Shown here: positions 45,156 through 54,180 of the stretch, piece after piece | Layout: the number at the start of each line of letters is the position of its first letter | Numbering within the stretch: the first letter of the stretch is position 1 | NCBI GenBank assembly: GCA_030667705.1 | Contig: DAOUVJ010000001.1 | Span: 1-63,493 of the forward strand | Direction of reading: 5' to 3' | Length of the DNA: 63,493 nucleotides | From: Promethearchaeota archaeon | Lineage (GTDB): Archaea > Asgardarchaeota > Lokiarchaeia > Sigyniarchaeales > SOKP01 | Translations under genes and position numbers: made by a program | Notes under the pieces: model-generated | Told to the model about the DNA's origin: nothing | Database searches by the model: none | What the model saw: the letters and a program-made list of their open reading frames with translations, nothing else

Positions 45156-46283
45156 TTAAGATTCACTTTGATAAATAGATGCAATAGCATAATATTTTGT
45201 AGGAATTTTAGCAGATGAACTTGAGCTAAAACTCGACGATGAACTTGATGATGAACTTGAGCTAAAACTCGACGATGAACTTGAGAAAGATGATGATGAA
45301 CTTGATGAAGAACTTGAGCTAAAACTAGATGAAGAACTCGATGAAGAACTTGAGCTAAAACTAGATGAAGAACTTGAGAATGATGAAGAACTTGAGCTAA
45401 AACTAGATGAAGATGATGAACTTGAGAATGAGGAAGAACTTGAACTTGAGCTAAAACTCGACGATGAACTTGAGAATGAGGAAGAACTTGAGCTAAAACT
45501 TGACCAAAACTCAGTTTCCGATATCAAATCTCCTGACCCAAAAGAATCTTCTCCACCAAAACATAATGCTGCGGTAGAAGTTCCACAACCAGCTGCGGTT
45601 GTTCTTGCTTGAGATAAAGAATTTGTGGTCGCCCAAACAGATCCATCCCAAATCTCAGTTGGGAGAAGTCCCCCACTAAAACATAATGCAGCAGAAACTG
45701 TCCCACAACCAGAACAATGAGGTCTATTAGAAATTACTGCAAGTGTAGTCGCCCAAACAGATCCATTCCAAATTTCACTATTTAAAGTTACATTATATCC
45801 ACCAAAAATAAAAGAATTTGAACTATTTCCTGCTATTCCAAAATAATATCTTACTGGGTCGATTGAATTACTCGTGGTCGCCCAAGAAGATCCATTCCAA
45901 ATCTCAGTTGAATTGTTTGTTCCTGCCACACATAATGCAGCAGAAATTGTCCCACATAATCCTGCAGCCCATCTGCCAGTTATATTTAGAGAACTTGTAG
46001 TTGCCCAAGAAGATCCATTCCAAATCTCAGTTGAATAAAGAGATTCACCGCCTGCACATAATGCATCTGAAATCGTTCCACAACCACTTGGTCCATATTT
46101 TGTTTCATTTAAAGAATTTGTAATCGCCCAAACATCTCCGCCCCAAATCTCAGTTATATCAGAATGAATAGCTGCAGTGGAATCTTCACCCCCAAAAGAT
46201 AATGCGTCAGAAATCGTTCCGCAACCGGCTAATGCTAATCTTGGTACATTTAAAGGACTTGTAGTTCTCCATACCCAGCTCAT
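45156..46283 (-). CDS. six-bladed Kelch-like beta-propeller with ~100-aa poly-Ser (SSSSSSF)n tail
   Basis: The N-terminus MSWVWRTTSPLN and the TEIWNGSSWATT...GCGT.SAAL.FGG repeats are paralogous to 42172-43545. A long S/F low-complexity region follows, ending AKIPTKYYAIASIYQSES. Confidence 0.7.
   Translation of the reverse strand: MSWVWRTTSPLNVPRLALAGCGTISDALSFGGEDSTAAIHSDITEIWGGDVWAITNSLNETKYGPSGCGTISDALCAGGESLYSTEIWNGSSWATTSSLNITGRWAAGLCGTISAALCVAGTNNSTEIWNGSSWATTSNSIDPVRYYFGIAGNSSNSFIFGGYNVTLNSEIWNGSVWATTLAVISNRPHCSGCGTVSAALCFSGGLLPTEIWDGSVWATTNSLSQARTTAAGCGTSTAALCFGGEDSFGSGDLISETEFWSSFSSSSSSFSSSSSSFSSSSSSSSFSSSSSSSSFSSSSSSFSSSSSSFSSSSSSSSSSSFSSSSSSSSSSSFSSSSSSFSSSSSSSSSSSFSSSSSAKIPTKYYAIASIYQSES
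45213..45503 (-). repeat. coding tandem repeat (poly-Ser/Phe)
   Basis: About 290 nt of degenerate gaacttgagctaaaact(c/a)ga(c/t)ga(t/a)ga units. Confidence 0.75.
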
Positions 46284-46390
46284 TATTAATTACTTCCCCA
46301 ACAAATTATAGAATATATTTTTAAATTCTTCATTATTAAATCTCCTTTTTATATTTGTTCCATATATAATCTAAGTCAAGTGACAAAAAA

Positions 46391-46990
46391 TTAAACTCCT
46401 CTTATTGAAATTGTTGTAAATATTTCATCAGAAACCAAAGACTCATACATATTTTCTAATATATTATCAAATGAAGATATTAATATTTGATTATCATAAT
46501 TAGAAGTTCTCCCATATATCTTTAATTCTAAATATAGAAATATTAATTTTGCTAAATTAGAAGATATGTTTGAATATGAAGCATATAAAACATTATCTAC
46601 AAAACTGATTTCAATTGAATCAATAATTGTGACAGAAGTTGAGTCTTGTCTATATTGTAATAATGCATTTAATAATACTAAATCTTCATCATTTAAATTA
46701 AAAGAATTATCTCCAGTTTCTGCACATTTATAATATTTCCCTGCACTTGGATATATTAACATTCTAGTTTTAACAATATTAGGCCAAGAATATCTATTTG
46801 TATCTTCATTATATTTATAATAATATTCAGAGTAAGAATAACTTTCATTAAATAAAAGTTCTATGAAAGATTTAGGAGGAAGATATATATCATTAATTTC
46901 AGTCGGAATTGTAATTTGGTTTTTATTAACACTTGAATTTTTTACAAATCTATTAAACCAAGAATTTAATTCCGGTATTAAATTTGTCAT
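46391..46990 (-). CDS. hypothetical protein
   Basis: 199-aa ORF between the propeller gene and the large glycosyltransferase gene. Confidence 0.45.
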   Translation of the reverse strand: MTNLIPELNSWFNRFVKNSSVNKNQITIPTEINDIYLPPKSFIELLFNESYSYSEYYYKYNEDTNRYSWPNIVKTRMLIYPSAGKYYKCAETGDNSFNLNDEDLVLLNALLQYRQDSTSVTIIDSIEISFVDNVLYASYSNISSNLAKLIFLYLELKIYGRTSNYDNQILISSFDNILENMYESLVSDEIFTTISIRGV

Positions 46991-47162
46991 TTGATTATAT
47001 CCTCTCTAAATTTTAATTTTATTCTGTTTTTATATATTTGTTCTTGGTTTTTATCTCAAAAGGATAAAATATCTAAATCTAATTTGTTATATAGGGATAT
47101 TTTTCAATTCCCAATTCTTTTTAAAATACAAAAGATCCCAAGGGAAAACTTGTATTGAATTT

Positions 47163-49865
47163 TTAGATAATTCCTCCTTCCACCCAGTTCTCTTTTCTAA
47201 ATTCAGAAAATGCTCGTTCTTTTGCATTCTCTCCTTTTTCTTTTAATATTTTTGGATTTATTATCATTCTTATAATTTCATAATAATCTTCAATTTCATT
47301 GCATCTCCAACCAGTTGAATTTGTTACTCGTTCTTTTGCACCAAAAGCATTATCACATATACAAGGTAATCCGCAAGCCATTGCTTCAAGTATTACTCTT
47401 GGGCCAGCATCAGAATATCCCTCTGGAAGATTATACCAAAAACAATTTCCTTTACTTAAAAATTTAGGAACTGATATTTCATTTCTTTTATAGATGTTAA
47501 ATCTATATATATCATTATATGATTTATCATTAAAAAAAGATGAGTCAATAAAACTGGGTGCTGGCATAAATGAAAATTCTACATCATCTTTAATTTTTAT
47601 AATATGTTTAACTATTTCATTAAAATCTTTTTTATATTTTGCATCACCTTGAGAAGAATGTCTGACTAATTTTAATGATCCTGAATAATCTATTTTGACT
47701 TTAAAAAATGGATCTAAATCAACTGGAGGAGCAAGAACTTGAGTATTAGCTTTTGGTATTCTATTTAAAAATTCATGCTCTTTTTCCCTATTCAAAAATA
47801 TATATTTATCCCAATTTTTTGTCCATTCAGTTTTTCCTGCCCAACCCAATTGATAATTTAATATCATTACTTTCTTTTTAGTATTTAAATTATACATATT
47901 TGAATATTGTTCTTGGTTATAATTCCAAATTGTATCCGAACAATAAAGTACTGTTAGTTCTGAATTATTTTTAAGATCCATCCAATCAATAACTGAAAGA
48001 TTATCTCTAAGACCTTCTAAATTTTTTAAATATTCTCCACAAATATTTCCAGTTGGTAATAATTCAATATGATAATTTTTATCAATTAACATTTTCATTA
48101 TTTCAATAGAAGATCTTTCACTACCACCAAATCCCCTACAAGTTGTAATCATTCTAACTATTGGTTTGATATTATTAATTTTATATGATATATTTTTCTT
48201 TCGCCATAAATGACATCTATGACCACCTTTTGAAATTAATTCGTATTCTCCATTTTTCAAATATTTATCCTGCCATTTTTGTTCCCATTCTCTTCCTGCA
48301 TCATGCATTATTATGAACTTAGATTTTTCTGATGCTATTTTTGTTGAGAATTCTCTGTTAATTCCATTGGCAGGACCATCTATAAAACTAAAATCAAAAT
48401 CTTCTAATTCTTGATTAATAACTTTTCCACCCCATTTGAATATTTCAACTTTTTTATTAACTAATTTTTTTACTTTATTAATATATTCATCTTTAGTTTC
48501 AAACGATTTTATTTTATCAACTTTATTCATCATTAATAAAGTACTTAATCCGCAACCAAATTCAAGAACATTTCTAATATTATATTTAGTAATTATACCT
48601 TCAATAAAAATCCAATCCTCATTTGTAATAGATGATCCTCCAAATGTATAACCAAACATTTCAATTTGAGGTTTATCTATTTTCTTATTATCAAATGATT
48701 TATTAATATGTATTTTTGAATCAGGAATTATGTTCTTAAAAAACTTATTTTCAACTTTTATTCCATATTCCAATCTTCCCCCTTTATAATATTTTCTAAT
48801 TGCCTCAATGACTTCTTCTGGTTCAATTATATCTACACATTTTGGAATTTTATTTTTTTGATTTAAACACCCATCAATTTTACATTTCCAGCAAGAATTT
48901 AGTTCTGCACATTTTAAAGTTCCATTTGTAGATAAATATTGATGTCCTGCATATTGTGTAAACCATTGTGGTTCACGAGCCCCAGCTACTACACAACAAG
49001 GATTATTAAATGCAGCCGATAAATGCATATGAGCAGAAACTAATCCGACTGATCCCTGAGCATGAAGAAATATTTTAAATAAATCTCGAATTCCAGTTTT
49101 AGGATCTTCAGTTTTTCCAATAAAATCTATTACGTTTTTTAAATGAGGATATGGATGATTTTTTAATCCCAATTGGACAAATTGAATTTCTGGTAATGAA
49201 TCTATTACTTTTTGCCATTTTTCAATTGGATACATTTTTGATGTCCACCCAGGTTCACCCCCAACTATAATTACCCAGTAAGGACCACTTATTAAAGGTT
49301 TACTATTATATTCCTTCTCTGATAACCATATGTCCGGATAAATATTTCCTTGAGGAATATGGAGGTCTAATTTGTTCTCAGTATCTATTCTAAAAGCATT
49401 ACACATGTGGAGATTCCATCTATTAGATTTATTAGTTAAAAATCCAGGACCAACTTTTAGAATTAATTCTTCTTCGGTTAAACTAAAATCTATATAAGGA
49501 TTATTATCCCATATATGAGAAGCCGTAGTTTTTACTCCAATTTGAGTATTAGGAAATTCCTTTTTAAAATCTCTTATTAAACAAGTCATAGTTAAAATAT
49601 CCCCAATACATTGCCTATTATGAAAAATTATTTTTTTAGGAACTTCTTTATTATTACTATGATTATAATTTCTACTATTATGATTTCTATGATTATCTAA
49701 ATCTTCAGTTAATATTTCAAATATCTCTTTTTCTGGGATAACATGATGAATATGATTATCCTCAAATAAAATAGACATTAAAATATCTTTAGGTTTTTTC
49801 TCAATAATTTCAGATTGATTTTCCAGATCTTTTATTTCTTTACTTATAAATTCTTTTATATTCAT
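47163..49865 (-). CDS. tri-domain enzyme: GT9 (heptosyltransferase-like), class I SAM methyltransferase, GT4-like glycosyltransferase
   Basis: 900 aa. The N-terminal part (CIGDILTMTCLIRDFKKEFPNTQIG...GGEPGWTSKMYPIEKWQKVI...GSVGLVSAHMHLSAAFNNPCCVVAG) is GT9-like. The middle (VLEFGCGLSTLLMM...FSFIDGP) is MTase motif I / post-I. The C-terminus (GPRVILEAMACGLPCICDN..GAKERV.NSTGW) is a GT-B/GT4 signature. Confidence 0.65.
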   Translation of the reverse strand: MNIKEFISKEIKDLENQSEIIEKKPKDILMSILFEDNHIHHVIPEKEIFEILTEDLDNHRNHNSRNYNHSNNKEVPKKIIFHNRQCIGDILTMTCLIRDFKKEFPNTQIGVKTTASHIWDNNPYIDFSLTEEELILKVGPGFLTNKSNRWNLHMCNAFRIDTENKLDLHIPQGNIYPDIWLSEKEYNSKPLISGPYWVIIVGGEPGWTSKMYPIEKWQKVIDSLPEIQFVQLGLKNHPYPHLKNVIDFIGKTEDPKTGIRDLFKIFLHAQGSVGLVSAHMHLSAAFNNPCCVVAGAREPQWFTQYAGHQYLSTNGTLKCAELNSCWKCKIDGCLNQKNKIPKCVDIIEPEEVIEAIRKYYKGGRLEYGIKVENKFFKNIIPDSKIHINKSFDNKKIDKPQIEMFGYTFGGSSITNEDWIFIEGIITKYNIRNVLEFGCGLSTLLMMNKVDKIKSFETKDEYINKVKKLVNKKVEIFKWGGKVINQELEDFDFSFIDGPANGINREFSTKIASEKSKFIIMHDAGREWEQKWQDKYLKNGEYELISKGGHRCHLWRKKNISYKINNIKPIVRMITTCRGFGGSERSSIEIMKMLIDKNYHIELLPTGNICGEYLKNLEGLRDNLSVIDWMDLKNNSELTVLYCSDTIWNYNQEQYSNMYNLNTKKKVMILNYQLGWAGKTEWTKNWDKYIFLNREKEHEFLNRIPKANTQVLAPPVDLDPFFKVKIDYSGSLKLVRHSSQGDAKYKKDFNEIVKHIIKIKDDVEFSFMPAPSFIDSSFFNDKSYNDIYRFNIYKRNEISVPKFLSKGNCFWYNLPEGYSDAGPRVILEAMACGLPCICDNAFGAKERVTNSTGWRCNEIEDYYEIIRMIINPKILKEKGENAKERAFSEFRKENWVEGGII

Positions 49866-49901
49866 TTACTAATTATCCTTTCTTTTCTTTTAAAAAATTT
49901 T

Positions 49902-50486
49902 CTATTTTTGATCAATAATTTTGATTAAATTATTTGTAGATTGCATATCAAGAATGTGTATAAATAAAACTTCTGGTGGAAAATCTTTAAAATTAAATTT
50001 ATTTCTATCTCCAATTTCTGTGGCCCAGCGCCCGGCATGGTAGCGGGCCATTTTTTCCATAATACAAAATTCTTCCTCACTTAATAACTTTAAAAAAGTA
50101 GATTTATTTTCAATTATAACATCTGCAATTTGTTTATCATGAGTTGAGTCTGTATGTTTTCTAGAAGAAAATTCTCCATATTTAAAAGTGTCATGTAAAC
50201 TAATAGCAAATAAAATCATATCAGCTTTCGATGTATTTTTTTGAATATTAAATATGGGCAATAATTTTATAGATGAATATAATAATTCAAAAGTATGATG
50301 AGCATTTGTAGGAACACTTCCATCTTCTTTTAAATGATATTTCCCAGTTGAAGAAGTAGGATTATTCCAAGCATCTGGTAAAATTGTTTTAATACCAATC
50401 CATAATTTATATCCGCGTTCAGACATATTTTCTTTTAAAATTTTATCTATTTCTATTTCATAATTCATTATTAAAAATCCTTTCAT
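49902..50486 (-). CDS. HD-domain phosphohydrolase-like protein
   Basis: 194 aa with NAHHTFELL...ISLHDTFKYG...HD..., an H..HD..D pattern. Confidence 0.45.
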   Translation of the reverse strand: MKGFLIMNYEIEIDKILKENMSERGYKLWIGIKTILPDAWNNPTSSTGKYHLKEDGSVPTNAHHTFELLYSSIKLLPIFNIQKNTSKADMILFAISLHDTFKYGEFSSRKHTDSTHDKQIADVIIENKSTFLKLLSEEEFCIMEKMARYHAGRWATEIGDRNKFNFKDFPPEVLFIHILDMQSTNNLIKIIDQK

Positions 50487-50556
50487 ATTTGTTTAAAAAT
50501 TTATGTTTCATTAATTCTTCCTTTTATGTTTGTTTAAAAATCAGGGATAAAGTAAA

Positions 50557-50570
50557 CTACTATATATATT
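50557..50570 (+). promoter_or_regulatory. promoter-like motif tactatatatatta (variant of the 19-mer)
   Basis: Lies in a divergent intergenic region and ends 59 nt upstream of the ATG at 50630. Confidence 0.35.
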
Positions 50571-50629
50571 ATTAAATGAGAATAGAGAAATCCATTTTAA
50601 GACTTTAATTAAGAAGGGAGAACTTAAAA

Positions 50630-50803
50630 ATGTTAAATATAAATCTTGCGAAAGAAAAGGTTATTTTCATAGGTATGCAGTATCATTGGGATGGTCATTT
50701 AATGTTCCCTTTGGTTAACGTAATATCAACAATGAGTTCAGTGGCTTACAATGATCAAAAACATATAATCGTAAATACTAAAGATTATGAAAAATGTCTT
50801 TGA
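50630..50803 (+). CDS. hypothetical 57-aa protein (below the ORF-track cutoff)
   Basis: AAGGGAG SD. Translation MLNINLAKEKVIFIGMQYHWDGHLMFPLVNVISTMSSVAYNDQKHIIVNTKDYEKCL. Confidence 0.4.
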   Translation: MLNINLAKEKVIFIGMQYHWDGHLMFPLVNVISTMSSVAYNDQKHIIVNTKDYEKCL

Positions 50804-50816
50804 AGGGGTATTAAAA

Positions 50817-51014
50817 ATGACTAAATATTGTGAATGTGGAAGAGTATTGGGCACTGGAGAAAAAATGTGTCCACCGTGCAATTTGACAAAACATCATAAC
50901 CAATTGAAAAATTATGGTATAGTATTAGCGTTAATATTAGCACCATTAACTACGTATTTTATATTTGAAAATTGGGAAACTCTATTTAATATATGTTCTA
51001 TATGTTCTATGTGA
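50817..51014 (+). CDS. Zn-ribbon plus C-terminal TM small protein
   Basis: The ATG at 50817 (MTKYCECG...CPPC) has a GAAGGGG SD. TM segment GIVLALILAPLTTYFIF. Confidence 0.45.
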   Translation: MTKYCECGRVLGTGEKMCPPCNLTKHHNQLKNYGIVLALILAPLTTYFIFENWETLFNICSICSM

Positions 51015-51081
51015 ATATCAAAAATATAGGGATTTGGAATTCCCCTATATTTTTAGTTAAATTGTTATATGAAAGGAAAAC

Positions 51082-51252
51082 ATGAATAGTTTTATAGAAC
51101 AAACAGCACAAGATTATGATTTAGATATATCCGCAGTATCTCATTTATATAGATTATATTGGCCCGATATTTTTTATGATAAATTGGAAGAATTAAAGGA
51201 AATTGTAAAGATATCACATAACCAATCTCCACCCAAGAAAAGTGAAACATAA
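51082..51252 (+). CDS. hypothetical 56-aa protein (below the ORF-track cutoff)
   Basis: GAAAGGA SD. N-terminus MNSFIEQTAQDYDLDISAVSHLYRLYWPDIFYDKLEELKEIV... Confidence 0.35.
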   Translation: MNSFIEQTAQDYDLDISAVSHLYRLYWPDIFYDKLEELKEIVKISHNQSPPKKSET

Positions 51253-51313
51253 CTATTCAAATTTCTAAAGAACTTTTAAATTAACTAAATAGTTTATATA
51301 CTTAGGAGGTAAT

Positions 51314-51583
51314 ATGATTGATAATATAAGTACAAAAGATTTGCAGGCAGAATTGAATCGTCGACAAAAAGCCAAACAAGAATCATTAAAACCAAAGAAA
51401 CTTTCAGAACCAAATATTGCCCCACTTCAAAAAATGTGCCAAGAGTATATAGATGCAATAGATACAAAAGATCCAAGAGATGGTTTGGACTATGATGATT
51501 TTAAACAATATATTTTTGAATGTGCGGTGGAAACAGTTTTTGGTAAAGATGTGTGGGAATTTATTAACTCAAAAAATCAATAG
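51314..51583 (+). CDS. hypothetical protein, tandem paralog A1
   Basis: 89 aa with an AGGAGG SD. Shares M.DNISTKDLQAELNRRQ...IDTKDPRD...YIFECA.ETVFGKDVWEFIN with the next gene. Confidence 0.55.
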   Translation: MIDNISTKDLQAELNRRQKAKQESLKPKKLSEPNIAPLQKMCQEYIDAIDTKDPRDGLDYDDFKQYIFECAVETVFGKDVWEFINSKNQ

Positions 51584-51591
51584 GAGTCAAT

Positions 51592-51846
51592 ATGTTTGAT
51601 AATATAAGTACAAAAGATTTGCAGGCAGAATTGAATCGTCGACAAGAAACCAAACCAAAGAAACTTTCATGTCCGAATATTATCCCACTTCAAAAAATGT
51701 GCCAAGATTATATAAATTTAATAGATACAAAAGATCCAAGAGATAATTTGAACTATGATGATTTTACAGAATATATTTTTGAATGTGCAATGGAAACAGT
51801 TTTTGGTAAAGATGTATGGGAATTTATTAACTTAAAAGAGCAATAG
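51592..51846 (+). CDS. hypothetical protein, tandem paralog A2
   Basis: 84 aa, highly similar to 51314-51583. Confidence 0.55.
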   Translation: MFDNISTKDLQAELNRRQETKPKKLSCPNIIPLQKMCQDYINLIDTKDPRDNLNYDDFTEYIFECAMETVFGKDVWEFINLKEQ

Positions 51847-51867
51847 ATTGTAGGAGAATAATTTATA

Positions 51868-52209
51868 ATGCATAAATCTATTTATGAGCAACTTAGAGAT
51901 GCAGATTTGGATATTCAAAAACAAAATCCTGTTACTTGGAAAGATATTAGTCATAATCAAACGAAAGGAATAATTAAGAATAAACGAAAAATTTATATTG
52001 TTACATGTATTGATAAAATCACAAAAGTATCTCATCAATCTTTTTTTGATTTTGATGAAGCCCTTAAAAGTGCAAAGTCTTTAGTAGAAAAGAATTGCCA
52101 TAATAAAGAAGAAATTAAAAAAATTAAAATTAAAGGATATCTTTATTATGTAATTTATTCAAGTGAAGGAGATTGTGTTTTTTTAGCAGAATACTCATTT
52201 GGAGATTAA
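51868..52209 (+). CDS. hypothetical protein, tandem paralog B1
   Basis: 113 aa. Its C-terminal ~75 aa (KIYIVTCIDK...FDFDEALKSAKSLVEKNCHNKEEI...) are similar to the next gene. Confidence 0.5.
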   Translation: MHKSIYEQLRDADLDIQKQNPVTWKDISHNQTKGIIKNKRKIYIVTCIDKITKVSHQSFFDFDEALKSAKSLVEKNCHNKEEIKKIKIKGYLYYVIYSSEGDCVFLAEYSFGD

Positions 52210-52239
52210 AAATATCTATCAAAAAAGGAAGGAGAAATA

Positions 52240-52647
52240 ATGGGACAGAAACCCTATTTGACTGATAATTATGGAAAACGTTTGAAAAGCTATGCTGCAA
52301 TGAGTAAGGCTGCTGCCTCAAGCTCTGCTGCAATAAGTAAGGCTGCTGCAAATCTTAAATCAGCTGCCGGTAAACTCGCATCTGCCTCCAGTATCATTGA
52401 TCGTTATTTTTCAAATGACCCGGTAAAAATTTATATTGTTTTATGTTATGATAAGAATACATTCATAATGAAACCTTTTTTTGTTTTTGATGCGGCTCTT
52501 AGATATGCAAGATTTTTAGTTAGGGAGAATTGTCGTAATGAAAAAGAAATATTTGAAAACAATAAAAATGAAGAATATCTTTATTTTTCATCTTATTCTT
52601 CTAAAGGAGATTCTGTTTGGATAACTAAGCACATTGTTGAAAATTAA
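52240..52647 (+). CDS. hypothetical protein, tandem paralog B2 with Ala/Ser-rich insert
   Basis: 135 aa. An AAMSKAAASSSAAISKAAANLKSAAGKLASASS low-complexity stretch precedes KIYIVLCYDK...FDAALRYARFLVRENCRNEKEI... Confidence 0.5.
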   Translation: MGQKPYLTDNYGKRLKSYAAMSKAAASSSAAISKAAANLKSAAGKLASASSIIDRYFSNDPVKIYIVLCYDKNTFIMKPFFVFDAALRYARFLVRENCRNEKEIFENNKNEEYLYFSSYSSKGDSVWITKHIVEN

Positions 52648-52674
52648 AAATATCTCCCAAAAAGGAAAAGAAAA

Positions 52675-52947
52675 ATGTGTAATTGTTGGTTAGGAATATT
52701 GAATAGTTATAATCAAGTACCTGAAAATCATCTTGAACTTAATTCTTATATTAATAAATTAAAAGTTATGTCAATGGAGTCGATAAATTTATCAAAAACA
52801 AGCAAACAATTCAAACCAATATTAGCTAAAGATTTTATAGATAGAAGAAAAGGATTTTCCATTTTGTTTAACTTTTGTCCATTATGTGGGGAAAAAATTA
52901 ATTGGAAAAAATTGAGAAAAGAACTTAATGTTTTAAATGTGTTGTAG
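52675..52947 (+). CDS. hypothetical protein with terminal Cys pairs
   Basis: 90 aa with CNC... and CPLCGEKINW. Confidence 0.4.
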   Translation: MCNCWLGILNSYNQVPENHLELNSYINKLKVMSMESINLSKTSKQFKPILAKDFIDRRKGFSILFNFCPLCGEKINWKKLRKELNVLNVL

Positions 52948-53485
52948 AAGCATGAGTTATATTAATAAATGAATTTTCTAAACCTCCATATTGGTTAGTT
53001 GAGGGTAAATTTAATGCCCGGAATCAATAGTCACATCTATATCATAATCCCTTGAGAACAGCTAAGTATTTATATGGTGTACGAAGGGGAAGTTTCTTTT
53101 GATTCTGTATATTTTTACATAAATTTCATAAAATTAGTTGTACTTTTTTTCAATCTTTGGTTGGAGAATCCGGCTTTTTCGGTGCATTTTATAAAAAATA
53201 TACACAGAAGGAACTTTTCTTTTTGTTGTTTGTAATATTTTACGATGAACTATTTGTAGACGGAGTCTTTAGTGGCAGCAAGGGGCGAGGAAGAGTCTAG
53301 TTGTCTTGAGAACTAATATTCGACGCGAATTTTTATATTATATAAAATACACAGGAAGATTTATAATATGCTAATAAAACTTTCAAAGTTCATTAATATA
53401 AATAGTGAAGAAGTTACAATAATATTGAATATACCACCAACATTTTTAAAACACATGTCAACCAAATTTTAATTTCAAATTATGT

Positions 53486-53518
53486 AAAGTATGCGAGGGG
53501 TTTAACCCTTCATATTTT
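53486..53518 (+). terminator. plus-strand terminator
   Basis: Stem gagggg-tttaa-cccttc (one G.U pair in the plus-sense RNA) followed by atattttt. Confidence 0.4.
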
Positions 53519-53531
53519 TGTACAAAATTTT

Positions 53532-54050
53532 TTAAAAAGCTATTATTAATGCAGCAATAAAAGAACCAATTGTGATAAATGAAAACATTCCTTTATTAAT
53601 TGTATTGTCAACTTTATGTGAATGTTTTTCATATCTATAAGCATTTTCTGAATCTACCCATAATTGTTTATATGAGTCAACTTTTATTCTTTCTAAAATT
53701 ATAAATTCTTTAAATGAATTTATGATATTAATATTAGAATTAATTAATGTTTCTTGATATTCTAATAATTCTTTATATGTGGTTTTGATTTTAAGCTGAG
53801 CTACATATTTTGCATATTCTTTTTTTGTAAGTAAAAGATATTGTGCTTCGTCCGGAGAAACTTTATTAAAATCTTTATCTACCCATATATGTATTGGTTT
53901 CTCCGGTTGAATAATAGAAGATAAATCTAATACATATACTGGAGTTTTTTCAAATTTAATTGGAGGAACTTCTTTTGGAGTAAATTGAGACGGAGCACAA
54001 CCAATATTAAATAAGAATAAGATACATATAATAATTAGCAAGTTTTTCAT
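53532..54050 (-). CDS. lipoprotein with C-terminal TM anchor (unimolecular-spanin-like architecture)
   Basis: 172 aa. N-terminus MKNLLIIICILFLFNIGC (lipobox-like). C-terminus GMFSFITIGSFIAALIIAF. Confidence 0.35.
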   Translation of the reverse strand: MKNLLIIICILFLFNIGCAPSQFTPKEVPPIKFEKTPVYVLDLSSIIQPEKPIHIWVDKDFNKVSPDEAQYLLLTKKEYAKYVAQLKIKTTYKELLEYQETLINSNINIINSFKEFIILERIKVDSYKQLWVDSENAYRYEKHSHKVDNTINKGMFSFITIGSFIAALIIAF

Positions 54051-54180
54051 TTAGATTCCTTTCGGATTAAAGTTTAAATGGATACTCAGGACAAAGCATA
54101 TACGGTTTAAATCAATGTTATGTTATTGAATAACCCCATATATAGGGAACTAATTTAAACCCCTTAAAGTTGTTGGTTAT

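Noticed and set aside
47090-47150. A possible eighth endonuclease footprint (ttcaattcccaattcttttt resembles ccacaatcccaaattctt).
   Set aside because: Only about 13 of 18 positions match and there is no flanking similarity. This is too weak to call without an alignment statistic.
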